DNA from: Luteolibacter sp. | GTDB lineage: Bacteria; Verrucomicrobiota; Verrucomicrobiia; Verrucomicrobiales; Akkermansiaceae | Length of the DNA: 64,000 nt | Direction: 5' to 3' | NCBI GenBank assembly: GCA_047606285.1 | Contig: JASGEP010000020.1 | Coordinates: forward strand, 30,891-94,890 | Shown: positions 18,828-27,498 of the stretch, in pieces | Numbering within the stretch: position 1 is the first letter of the stretch | Layout: each line of letters begins with the position of its first letter | Program-made: the position numbers and the translations under genes | Notes under the pieces: generated by a model | The model's input: the letters and a program-made list of their open reading frames with translations, nothing else | Databases searched by the model: none | Told to the model about the DNA's origin: nothing

Positions 18828-19513
18828 GCGTTTTCCTCCTGAATCCGGTAGCCCTTGCCACGGATGGTGGCGAGGAATCGCTGGTCGCGGTCCCGCAGTT
18901 TGGTGCGCAGGTGCATGATGTGCATGTCGATGGTGCGGGTCTCGGTGCGGGTGGGATCGAGCTGCCAGAGCTGGCGCAGGATTTCCTCGCGGGAAACGAC
19001 GCGGCCATTGGTGTCCATGAGGTAGCGCAGGAGCTCGGCTTCTTTTTCGGAGAGTTCTTCCGAGGTGCCATCGGCGAAAATGACGCTGCGTTTCTGGAAA
19101 TCCACGTTGCCGCCGGGGATGCGGCGGGTATCGGAGGGGGCCGTGCGTTCGCAGGTGCGGCGCAGCACGGCATCGACGCGGGCGAGGAGTTCCTTCATGC
19201 TGAAGGGTTTCACGACGTAATCGTCCGCGCCGATGGTGAGGCCGCGGACGCGATCGTTTTCCTCGCCGCGAGCGGAAAGGATGATGACGGCCTGGCCGGG
19301 GCGTTTGCGCTTGATGGCCTGCAGGATCTCGAATCCGGACGGACCGGGGAGGACGAGGTCGAGCAGGAGCAGGCGGTAGTTCGCCTTTAGAGCGAGGTCC
19401 ATCCCGCTGTGGCCGTCGGAGGCTTCGAGTGTGGCGTAGCCGGCGTATTCGAGCACATCGACGACGCCCTGGCGGATGGAGGAGTCGTCTTCGATGACGA
19501 GGATGGGGGTCAC
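18824..19513 (-). CDS. OmpR-family response regulator
   Basis: LVIEDD, LLLLDLVLP, GADDYVVKPF, winged helix RTIDMHIMHLRTK...TIRGKGY. Confidence 0.95.
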   Translation of the reverse strand: MTPILVIEDDSSIRQGVVDVLEYAGYATLEASDGHSGMDLALKANYRLLLLDLVLPGPSGFEILQAIKRKRPGQAVIILSARGEENDRVRGLTIGADDYVVKPFSMKELLARVDAVLRRTCERTAPSDTRRIPGGNVDFQKRSVIFADGTSEELSEKEAELLRYLMDTNGRVVSREEILRQLWQLDPTRTETRTIDMHIMHLRTKLRDRDQRFLATIRGKGYRIQEENA

Positions 19514-19562
19514 GGGGTGGGGTTAAGAGTTATTTGTTAAAGGTTATAATCCGGGGATTTTA

Positions 19563-19617
19563 GCGCTCTTTGTGGCTGGGTGAAATATGGGTGGGAAGGT
19601 TTAACCACAAAGAGCGC
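19563..19617. repeat. Inverted repeat GCGCTCTTTGTGGCT / AACCACAAAGAGCGC with 9-bp periodic tail; possible terminator or attenuator
   Basis: 14 of 15 positions complementary; the right arm continues as cacaaagag-cgcaaagag-tacaaaaaag. Confidence 0.55.
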
Positions 19618-19641
19618 AAAGAGTACAAAAAAGAGAAGATC

Positions 19642-20781
19642 TCAGTTTTTGAAGGTGTAGCCTTTTTTGGCGGCTTGGTCACGGGTGGTTTCGACGAGGA
19701 CTTCGTCGAGGGTTTTGGTGTCGCTTTTGGCCTGGGATTTGCGGGCTTCGGCGATGAAGGCGTCGCGTTGGCGGCTGAGGTCGGCGATTTGTTTCTGGAT
19801 GGAGACGCGTTCGGTTTCGGTTTTTTCGATGAAAGCGGCGCGTTCTTCCGGTTTGAGGGAGCGCATGGCTTCGGGGAGTTCTTCGGCTTTGAGTTTGGAG
19901 GGGTCGATTTTCTTTTCTCTGACGGCATCGACGAGATCCCACGAGGTGTTCGAGTAATTCTTGCTGGCTTTGGCAACGGCGCGCTCGACCTTGGCGGCTG
20001 GGGCGCTGGAGGTGACGGCGGATTCGTCGGCGTAGGCTTGTTTGGCGTAGCCTTCGGCGCGGGCGGTGCCGTAGCCGAGGTAGGTTTTGTTCAACTGGAT
20101 GCCGAGGTCGGCGATTTGTTGGTCCTGCGGTGCGGGGATGTGGACGACGGCGCGGTCCTGATCGATGACGAGATATTTTCCTTCGGCGAGGGCGGCTCCG
20201 TCGTGCCAGGAGCCATTGATGCCTGCCTGACGGCCGCCGCAGTGGATGGTGTTGACGACGATGCCTTTGGCGATGGCGTCCTTGCAGGCCTGGCGGGCAT
20301 CGACGGGGCCTTGGGTGAAGGGCTCGTTACCGGCGATGAAGATGACTTTGTAGGTTTGGCCGGAGGGGTCCCAGGCGAGGTCGCCGAGGGCGCGCTGGAT
20401 GACGGCACCGCAGTATTCCTCGCCGCCGTAGGTTTTCAGGGCGAAGAGTTGCTTGCTGAGTTCGTCGAGGTCGCGGGTGAGGGGCTGGACCTGGCGGATG
20501 TAGTGGTTGGCGATGCTGAGGCCGGAGTTTCCATATTCGTAGAGGGCGACTTCGACGTAGGGTGTTTCGCCGTCGCGTTTCGCTTCGGTGAAGGTGTTGA
20601 CGACTTTCCAGAGCTGGGTGCGGGCTTGGTCGATGAGGCCGTCCATGCTGCTGGAGGTGTCGAGCAGAAGGGCGATCTGGATTTTGTTTTGAGCGGGTGG
20701 CGGATCGACGGGCGGCTGGGTGGCGAATGCCTGTGAAACCAGAAGCGCGGCGGTGGCGAGGATGGTGTGGAGTGTTTTCAT
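19642..20781 (-). CDS. Secreted von Willebrand factor A domain protein
   Basis: Signal peptide, MIDAS-like LLLDTSSSMDG, YGGEEYCG, IFIAGNEPF. Confidence 0.85.
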   Translation of the reverse strand: MKTLHTILATAALLVSQAFATQPPVDPPPAQNKIQIALLLDTSSSMDGLIDQARTQLWKVVNTFTEAKRDGETPYVEVALYEYGNSGLSIANHYIRQVQPLTRDLDELSKQLFALKTYGGEEYCGAVIQRALGDLAWDPSGQTYKVIFIAGNEPFTQGPVDARQACKDAIAKGIVVNTIHCGGRQAGINGSWHDGAALAEGKYLVIDQDRAVVHIPAPQDQQIADLGIQLNKTYLGYGTARAEGYAKQAYADESAVTSSAPAAKVERAVAKASKNYSNTSWDLVDAVREKKIDPSKLKAEELPEAMRSLKPEERAAFIEKTETERVSIQKQIADLSRQRDAFIAEARKSQAKSDTKTLDEVLVETTRDQAAKKGYTFKN

Positions 20782-20846
20782 AACACCCGGTTTTACGATG
20801 GAGAGGGGGCGGCGTCCGTAAAGGGTGTGTAAATTCGGGGGAAGTG

Positions 20847-20873
20847 AAGAGCCGGTGGGGCCACCGGTGCTCC
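20847..20873 (-). repeat. REP family A copy
   Basis: AAGAGCCGGTGGGGCCACCGGTGCTCC, immediately after the stop of the 20875-21717 gene. Confidence 0.75.
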
Positions 20874-20874
20874 A

Positions 20875-21717
20875 TTATTTCTTCACCTCCCACGCGGTGA
20901 GCCACTCTTGGCCGGTGCGCTGGAAGCCGAGGTCTAGCAGGCGTTTTTCGAGGTCGGGGAAATGGGCGGCTCCGTAGAAGATGCCGAGGTGGCGTTTTCC
21001 TTGGGAGATCTGGGTTTGCAGGACCTCGATACAGTGGGCGTTGCGGTCGGAAATGATGACGTTTTCACCGGTGAAGCCGGCGATCTGGTCTTCGGCGGCA
21101 CCGAGGGTTTTCATGAACTCGCGTTTGGCGAGATCGGGGTTTTTGGTGAGGATGGCGCGGGTGAGACGGATGGAGTTCGGCTGGGGCGTGTTTTGCTGAT
21201 TGAGGGCGCTGAGGAGGAAAAAGGTGATGACGGATTCCTTGCGCTCGGATTGACGGGCTTCGAATTGAGCGAGGGTGAGGTCGGCGTGGACGAAGTTGGT
21301 GGCGCGGTAGTCGATGCCGTGGGTCGTATCGGCCTGGCTGGTGAGTTGGAGCATCCGGCAGGCGCCGTTGTAGAGGGAGTGCAGGCCGTCGAGTTTACCG
21401 GGCGGGGAAGGTTCGGAGGTGGGGGAAGTATTCTGAGCGGCCAAGCGGGCGGCGATGTTTTCTCCGCCGATCATTTCGTAAAGCAGGGCGTCGTAACGGG
21501 CGAAACGTTGATTGAGAGCGGCGTAATAGGCGGCATCCGCGATGTGGATGGCTCCGATGCCATCGACGGTGACACCGTTTTTCTGATAGCGCGTGATGGC
21601 CGTCTGGAGCCTGACGTGGGTGGCGTCTTCCTCTACGCGGACGAAATCACCCGCCTGAAGCGGCAGGACGCTCAGGGCGAAGGCTGCGGCGAGGCGGAGG
21701 AAGCGGGACAGGTGCAT
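20875..21717 (-). CDS. Secreted hypothetical protein, possibly TraB/GumN/Tiki-like
   Basis: Signal peptide; GAIH, LLYE, DRNAH and YGAAH motifs in the order seen in TraB/Tiki proteins. Confidence 0.55.
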   Translation of the reverse strand: MHLSRFLRLAAAFALSVLPLQAGDFVRVEEDATHVRLQTAITRYQKNGVTVDGIGAIHIADAAYYAALNQRFARYDALLYEMIGGENIAARLAAQNTSPTSEPSPPGKLDGLHSLYNGACRMLQLTSQADTTHGIDYRATNFVHADLTLAQFEARQSERKESVITFFLLSALNQQNTPQPNSIRLTRAILTKNPDLAKREFMKTLGAAEDQIAGFTGENVIISDRNAHCIEVLQTQISQGKRHLGIFYGAAHFPDLEKRLLDLGFQRTGQEWLTAWEVKK

Positions 21718-21801
21718 GGAATCGCTTTACCCGCGAATGAAGAAAAACGACAGGGAGAATCCCGGATTTCACGACAACTTGCGCATCGTGCATTTCTGGG
21801 C

Positions 21802-22605
21802 ATGGTGGAAAGGATGTTTGCAAAAATCCTTTTTCCGGTGGTGGTGGCGAGCGCGGTGGCGCACGCGGGAGTGCACAGTGGCAAGGCGACGGCGGATTTG
21901 CTGGCGGAATCCACGACCTACCAGCCCGGCCAGCCGGTGCACGCGGCGGTGCGCCTGAAAATGGACCCGGGCTGGCACACGTATTGGAGCAATCCGGGCG
22001 AAGGCGGGATGAAGATCGACGTGAAATGGCAGCTTCCCGAGGGCTGGACGGCGGGCGAGCCGGGCCATCCGGTGCCGAAGGCGTTTCTCACGGGAGGTCT
22101 TGCGGGCTATGGCTACGAGGGCACGGTGATTTTTCCGCTCACCCTGACTCCTCCGGCGGAAGCTTCGGGAAAGGTGAAAGCCACGGCGACTATTTCGTGG
22201 CTCACTTGCAATGACGACGCCTGCATTCCCGGCAAGGCGGAAATTTCCCTGGAATTCGAGCAAGACGAGCCCGCGCAGACGCCTGATGCGGAAGCGATCC
22301 GCACCGCCCGGGAAAAACTGCCGCGACCTCTGGCTGGGACGAAGCTGACGGTGACGGAGCGCGGAAAATCGCTCGAACTCACACTCAGCGTGCCGGAATC
22401 TCTCAATCTCACCTCCGCGAAGGTGTTTCCCGAGACGCCGCAGGCGGTCGATCCTTCGGCGACTCTCCAGTTTATGAAATCCGGCGACGTCTGGACCGCC
22501 ACCGTCGCGAAAAACGAATATGCCAGCGGTCCGCTGAAAACCCTGTCTCTCGTGATCGGCTCCGAAACTCCCGTCCGCGTGACGTGGAATGCGGAAAATC
22601 CGTGA
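21802..22605 (+). CDS. Stand-alone DsbD N-terminal (alpha) domain protein
   Basis: Signal peptide, GWHTYWSNPGEGG, WLTCNDDACIPG; no transmembrane DsbD-beta domain. Start is 21802 or 21814. Confidence 0.8.
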   Translation: MVERMFAKILFPVVVASAVAHAGVHSGKATADLLAESTTYQPGQPVHAAVRLKMDPGWHTYWSNPGEGGMKIDVKWQLPEGWTAGEPGHPVPKAFLTGGLAGYGYEGTVIFPLTLTPPAEASGKVKATATISWLTCNDDACIPGKAEISLEFEQDEPAQTPDAEAIRTAREKLPRPLAGTKLTVTERGKSLELTLSVPESLNLTSAKVFPETPQAVDPSATLQFMKSGDVWTATVAKNEYASGPLKTLSLVIGSETPVRVTWNAENP

Positions 22606-22663
22606 AAACTTTCCCCTTCTCCACACGTTTCATTACCGAACCCATAATCGATACGCACTGACT

Positions 22664-23260
22664 ATGAAAACCATCGCATTGACCGTCCTCGCGGGAGCCT
22701 GCTCCCTGATCTCCTCCTTCGCCGCCGATGTCGGCCAGCCAGCTCCGGCTTTTTCCGGAAAAAACCTCAAAGGTGAGACCGTTTCCCTCGCGGACCTGAA
22801 AGGAAAAGTCGTCGTCCTCGAATGGGTCAACTTCGATTGTCCATTCGTGAAAAAGCACTACTCCGGCGGCAATATCCCGAAACTCCAGCAGGAGGCCGAA
22901 GCCAAGGATGTGGTCTGGATCACCGTGAATTCCTCCGCTTCCGGCAAGCAGGGCCATCTCAGCGCCGAGGATATGACCGCCCGTGCCGCGAAAGAGGGCC
23001 ACAAGGCCAGCCAGTTCATTCTCGATCCGGAAGGCACCATCGGTAAGGCGTATGACGCGAAAACCACGCCTCACCTCTTCATCATCAACAAGGAAGGTGT
23101 GCTGGTTTACAACGGAGCGATCGACTCCAAGAAGAGCACCGATGCCGCCGATATTCCGAACTCCACTCCGCTTTTCGCCAATGCTCTGACCGCCGTGCTC
23201 GAGGGCAAGACCGTCGAAAATGCCAAGAACGAGCCTTACGGTTGCAGCGTGAAGTATTGA
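22664..23260 (+). CDS. Secreted redoxin (AhpC/TSA-like thioredoxin family)
   Basis: Signal peptide, LEWVNFDCPFV, YDAKTTPH, GAID, YGCSVKY. Confidence 0.88.
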   Translation: MKTIALTVLAGACSLISSFAADVGQPAPAFSGKNLKGETVSLADLKGKVVVLEWVNFDCPFVKKHYSGGNIPKLQQEAEAKDVVWITVNSSASGKQGHLSAEDMTARAAKEGHKASQFILDPEGTIGKAYDAKTTPHLFIINKEGVLVYNGAIDSKKSTDAADIPNSTPLFANALTAVLEGKTVENAKNEPYGCSVKY

Positions 23261-23263
23261 TAA

Positions 23264-23323
23264 GGAGTCGGGACATTCTTGTCCCAAGTATCCATTCATC
23301 AGGGACAGGAATGTCCCTGCTCC
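23264..23323. repeat. REP family C inverted doublet
   Basis: GGAGTCGGGACATTCTTGTCCC (23264-23285) and GGGACAGGAATGTCCCTGCTCC (23302-23323) between convergent genes. Confidence 0.75.
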
Positions 23324-23965
23324 TCACAATTCTTTCCCGACCTCTCCAAGCGACGGAAACACGCGATTCGCCAACGAGAAATCCAACATCGCGGTGACGC
23401 GGTTCGGCACCACCCACACGGGGCAGCCGGCCGCGTTTGCCGCTTTTACGCCGTTGAGTGAATCCTCGATGACGAGGCATTCCTCCGGGGTTTTCCCCAG
23501 GCGGCGCATCGCTTCCAGATACAGATCGGGCGCGGGCTTGATGCGCGGCGCGTCTCCCCGGCAGACGACTTCCGCGAACCATGGCCTGAGATCGAGTTTT
23601 TCCAGCCACGAATCCACCCAATCGTGTGAAGAACTGGAAACCACGGCGCAAGGAATGTCCGCCGTTTTCAACCGGGAAAGCAAATCCACCGCTCCGGGCA
23701 TCGGTCCTTCTTCGGCGAGGTCGGCGAGAATTTCCTCCTGCCGCTTGGTATCGAGATCGTGCCAATCGAACGAAAGACCGGTGAGTTCCTCCAGATGGGT
23801 TTTCGGCGACCACGTGGCGAAATCCGAGCCGATGCACCGGGTGTAAACCTCCAACGGCAAGGGGTGATGATGGCGTTGGAACGTGCGGTGCCAGGCATCG
23901 TAAATCGCCCACTCGGTATCCACCAGCACACCGTCGAAATCAAAAAGCACCGCGGAAATTTCCAT
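23324..23965 (-). CDS. HAD-IA family phosphatase
   Basis: LFDFDGVLVDTE, VVSSS, KPAPDLY, IEDSLNG. Confidence 0.9.
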   Translation of the reverse strand: MEISAVLFDFDGVLVDTEWAIYDAWHRTFQRHHHPLPLEVYTRCIGSDFATWSPKTHLEELTGLSFDWHDLDTKRQEEILADLAEEGPMPGAVDLLSRLKTADIPCAVVSSSSHDWVDSWLEKLDLRPWFAEVVCRGDAPRIKPAPDLYLEAMRRLGKTPEECLVIEDSLNGVKAANAAGCPVWVVPNRVTAMLDFSLANRVFPSLGEVGKEL

Positions 23966-24077
23966 GGGGAAACTGAGGAGAGGAACCGCGAACCGGGCAA
24001 GCGCGGACTTCCGCATCATGGTCCGGATTTTCAGGAAAAAGCTGGTTTCGCGGGGTTGGAATCGCTTGATAAAGCGT

Positions 24078-24524
24078 ATGAACACGCCCCCTCCGATGAT
24101 TCCGGATCCGCAGCGAGCCATCGACGCGGATCATTTGCGGAGCTTGTCCATTGGACACTACGTCGTCTCGGGCATCACCGCGCTGTTCGCCTGTCTGCCG
24201 CTCATTCACGTGACGATGGGGCTGCTGCTGGTCACCGGGAATTTTCCGGCATCGCCCAAGCCCGGGGAGCCGGACCCGGCGGTGTTCGGCTGGATTTTCG
24301 TGGTGTTCGGCGCATTGGCCTGCGTCATCGGCTGGGCGATCGCGGTGGCGATGTTTCTGGTCGCCCGCTGGTTGCCGCTCGGGAAAAACCGGATTTTCTG
24401 CCAGATCGTCGCCGGGATCGAGTGCCTGAATGTGCCTCTCGGCACCATTTTGGGGGTCTTCACGCTGATGGTGCTGCAACGGCCGAGCGTGCGCGCCCGG
24501 TTCGAGGAGAAAAGCGCGGGGTGA
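24078..24524 (+). CDS. Hypothetical membrane protein
   Basis: Three to four hydrophobic helices; C-terminal PLGTILGVFTLMVLQRPSVR. Confidence 0.7.
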   Translation: MNTPPPMIPDPQRAIDADHLRSLSIGHYVVSGITALFACLPLIHVTMGLLLVTGNFPASPKPGEPDPAVFGWIFVVFGALACVIGWAIAVAMFLVARWLPLGKNRIFCQIVAGIECLNVPLGTILGVFTLMVLQRPSVRARFEEKSAG

Positions 24525-24605
24525 GCCGGTTTTTCGGACGATCATTTTTCAGCGCCACGATTGCCAGCGGCGGGGATTTCGTGCATGGGTGACGCTTCAA
24601 TTTCC

Positions 24606-26201
24606 ATGAAACGTTCCGCTCGTCGTTGGTTCCCCATCGTTTCCCTTCCCCTGCTGCTTTGCCATCCGATGCAAGCGGCGGATTTCTCCTTCGAGACGCT
24701 GTGCGCGAAGGCCCGTGAAATGGCCCGTTCCCCGTATCGGCGTGCGAATCTGGATCTGGCCGATTACTGGAAAAACCTGAACTACGATCAGCACCGGGAC
24801 ATCCGTTTCAAGATGGATGCCGGCCTGTGGGCGGATGAAAAAGGCCCGTTTTCCATCGATTTCTTCCACCCCGGCTGGACCGCGAAGCAGATGGTGCGCA
24901 TCCACGAAGTAAAGGGTGCGAAGGAAGAGCTGCTGAAATTCGACCCGAAGCTCTTCGACTACGGCAAAAACAAGGTCCCGGCCAACACATCCGCCCCGGA
25001 AGGCTACGCCGGTTGGCGGGCGCGAACTCACCTGAACACGTCCGATTACATGGACGAGTTCCTCGTTTTCCTCGGAGCCAGCTATTTCCGCGCCATCCCC
25101 GCGAACGCTCCCTACGGTCTCTCGGCACGCGGGCTTTCCATCAACAGTGGCCTGCCGGGGGTGGTGGAAGAGTTCCCGGATTTCACCGAATTTTACCTCG
25201 AACACCCCGGCAAGGACGCCAAGGAGCTGAAAGCCTGGGCCATCCTCGACGGTGAGAGCGTGGCGGGCGCGTATCAATTCGTGATCACTCCGGGCAAGGA
25301 AACCGTCATGGACATCACGGCGGAAATCACCCTGCGCAAGCCCGTGACGCAGCTCGGTCTCGCACCGTTTTCCAGCATGTTCTGGTTCGGCGAGAGCACG
25401 CACCCGCGCCCTTACGATTTCCGCCCGGAAGTGCATGACAGCGACGGCCTGCTGATGGAGCTGGAAAGCGGAAATCTCCACTACCGCCCGCTGGAACACA
25501 CCGCAGGGCAATTCCGCCACTGCGTTTTCACCCTCGAAAAACCCCGCTCCTGGGCACTGGTGCAGCGCGACAGGAGATTCTCCTCCTATCAGGATCCGGA
25601 AGCGATCTACCACAATCGGCCAAGTGTGAAAGTCGAGCCGGTCGAAGGATTCGATCTCGGCAAACTCCACCTCATCGAGATGCCGACCGATGACGAAACG
25701 GAGGACAACGTGATCCTCGCCTGGGAACCGCAGCCGACTCTCGAAGTCGGAAAAACCACCCGTTTCCGCTACCGTCTGCGCTGGATGCGAGATCCCGAGC
25801 CGTCCGGGAAATTCACCGTGCAGGCCACCCGCTCCGGCACTCCCGTGCAGCGCCCGGATCAGGTGCTGATGACCGTGGATTTCGCCAAACCCCTCCATCC
25901 CGAACTGAAAACCGGAAATCCGAAGTGGGACGACATTTCAAAATTCAAGCCGGTGATTACCGTGAACCAGAAAGAGGTGAAAATCGTCCACGTCGGCCTC
26001 ACCGACATCAGCATGCCAAACGTGGACGACATCCCCGGCGGCCTCGGCCGTGGCGATCAACTCCACATGCCGCAGGTGCTGCGTGCTTTCTTCGTCCTCG
26101 AACCACCTGCCGACCTGCGCAGCATCGACATGACCTGCGAACTCCGCGACGAAAACGACAAGACCGTTTCCGAGCGCTGGGAGTACTTGTGGATGAAGTG
26201 A
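24606..26201 (+). CDS. mdoG: Periplasmic glucan biosynthesis protein (MdoG/OpgG-OpgD family)
   Basis: LNYDQHRDIRF, FLGASYFR, YGLSARGL, RPEVHDSDGL, ETEDNV, SERWEY. Confidence 0.9.
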   Translation: MKRSARRWFPIVSLPLLLCHPMQAADFSFETLCAKAREMARSPYRRANLDLADYWKNLNYDQHRDIRFKMDAGLWADEKGPFSIDFFHPGWTAKQMVRIHEVKGAKEELLKFDPKLFDYGKNKVPANTSAPEGYAGWRARTHLNTSDYMDEFLVFLGASYFRAIPANAPYGLSARGLSINSGLPGVVEEFPDFTEFYLEHPGKDAKELKAWAILDGESVAGAYQFVITPGKETVMDITAEITLRKPVTQLGLAPFSSMFWFGESTHPRPYDFRPEVHDSDGLLMELESGNLHYRPLEHTAGQFRHCVFTLEKPRSWALVQRDRRFSSYQDPEAIYHNRPSVKVEPVEGFDLGKLHLIEMPTDDETEDNVILAWEPQPTLEVGKTTRFRYRLRWMRDPEPSGKFTVQATRSGTPVQRPDQVLMTVDFAKPLHPELKTGNPKWDDISKFKPVITVNQKEVKIVHVGLTDISMPNVDDIPGGLGRGDQLHMPQVLRAFFVLEPPADLRSIDMTCELRDENDKTVSERWEYLWMK

Positions 26202-26223
26202 GCTGTCGGGAAAGTTTTTTATA

Positions 26224-26262
26224 ATTGGAATTGTTCTTGATATAGATTGGAATGATTCTAAA
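26224..26262. promoter_or_regulatory. Two tandem ICE-like boxes (ATTGGAA-N3-TTCTTGA and ATTGGAA-N3-TTCTAAA)
   Basis: Boxes at 26224-26240 and 26246-26262, 22 bp apart, in an AT-rich gap before the Fur-family gene; resemble the Irr consensus TTTAGAA-N3-TTCTAAA. Confidence 0.6.
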
Positions 26263-26273
26263 TTCCCGTCGCC

Positions 26274-26717
26274 ATGTCAGTTCATCGCCCTGAAATTTCT
26301 CACGAATCCGTTCTTCCGGACGAGATCGGCGGGCTTCGCATGACGAAGCAGCGGCAGGAGGTGTATCGCGTTCTCATGGATGAAAAGGATCATCCGACGG
26401 CCAATGACGTGTTCATGCGCGTAAAGGATCGCCTGCCGAACATCTCCCTCGCGACGGTTTACAACTGCCTCGAAGCACTGGTGCAGCACAACATCGTCCG
26501 CCAGGTGAACTTCGAGCGCGAGCCGTCGCGTTTCTGCTCGAACAAGATCGACCACGGTCATTTCCACGACCAGACTACCGGCACGATCCACGACATCCAT
26601 TTCAAGCCGGGATTCGACCTTTCCCAGGTCCTCGATTTGCCCGCCGGTGCCATGATTAGCGACATCGAAATCACCCTGCGCGGCACGTTTTCCAACTCTC
26701 AACAACCTTCCTCTTAA
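26274..26717 (+). CDS. Fur-family metal-responsive regulator (Irr/PerR-like)
   Basis: RMTKQRQEVY, HPTA, ISLATVYNCL, DHGHFHD; no C-terminal CxxC motifs. Confidence 0.88.
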   Translation: MSVHRPEISHESVLPDEIGGLRMTKQRQEVYRVLMDEKDHPTANDVFMRVKDRLPNISLATVYNCLEALVQHNIVRQVNFEREPSRFCSNKIDHGHFHDQTTGTIHDIHFKPGFDLSQVLDLPAGAMISDIEITLRGTFSNSQQPSS

Positions 26718-26726
26718 CTCTCGACC

Positions 26727-27479
26727 ATGAGCCTGCACATCCAAGACCTCCACGCCACCCTCGAAGACGGCACCGAAATCCTCAAGGGCGTCACCTTGAC
26801 CATTCCAAAAGGTGAAGTTCACGCCATCATGGGACCGAACGGTTCCGGTAAATCCACGCTTTCGAAGGTGATCGCCGGTCACGAAGGTTACGTCGTCACC
26901 TCCGGCTCGGTGACGCTGGATGGTGAGGATATTTTCGAAATGTCCATCGACGAGCGTTCCCGCGCCGGGGTTTTCCTCGCGTTCCAGTATCCGTCGGAAG
27001 TCCCCGGAGTTTCCAACGCGAACTTCATCCGCGCCGCGTTGCAGGCCCGCCTGCCGGAAGGTCAGGAAATCGACGCCGTCGCCTACTACAAGCAACTTTA
27101 CGCCGCGATGGACCTGCTGGAAATGGACCGCAAATTCACCTCCCGCGCCGTGAACGAAGGCTTCTCCGGCGGTGAGAAAAAGCGCAACGAGATCCTGCAA
27201 ATGATCATGCTCGATCCGAAATATGGCATCCTCGACGAAACCGATTCCGGTCTCGACATCGATGCCCTCAAGATCGTCGCCAAGGGCGTGAACTCCATGC
27301 GTTCTCCGGAGCGCGGCTTCCTCCTCATCACCCACTATCAGCGCCTGCTCGACTACATCACCCCGGATCACGTCCACGTGATGGCCGAGGGCCGCATCGT
27401 CCGCTCCGGCGGCCCCGAGCTCGCCCACGAGCTTGAGAAATCCGGCTACGATTTCCTCAAGGACCTCGTTCCCGCCTAA
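26727..27479 (+). CDS. sufC: Fe-S cluster assembly ATPase SufC
   Basis: [45 protein letters not shown]. Confidence 0.97.
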   Translation: MSLHIQDLHATLEDGTEILKGVTLTIPKGEVHAIMGPNGSGKSTLSKVIAGHEGYVVTSGSVTLDGEDIFEMSIDERSRAGVFLAFQYPSEVPGVSNANFIRAALQARLPEGQEIDAVAYYKQLYAAMDLLEMDRKFTSRAVNEGFSGGEKKRNEILQMIMLDPKYGILDETDSGLDIDALKIVAKGVNSMRSPERGFLLITHYQRLLDYITPDHVHVMAEGRIVRSGGPELAHELEKSGYDFLKDLVPA

Positions 27480-27498
27480 CATTCACCCATTTTCCACC

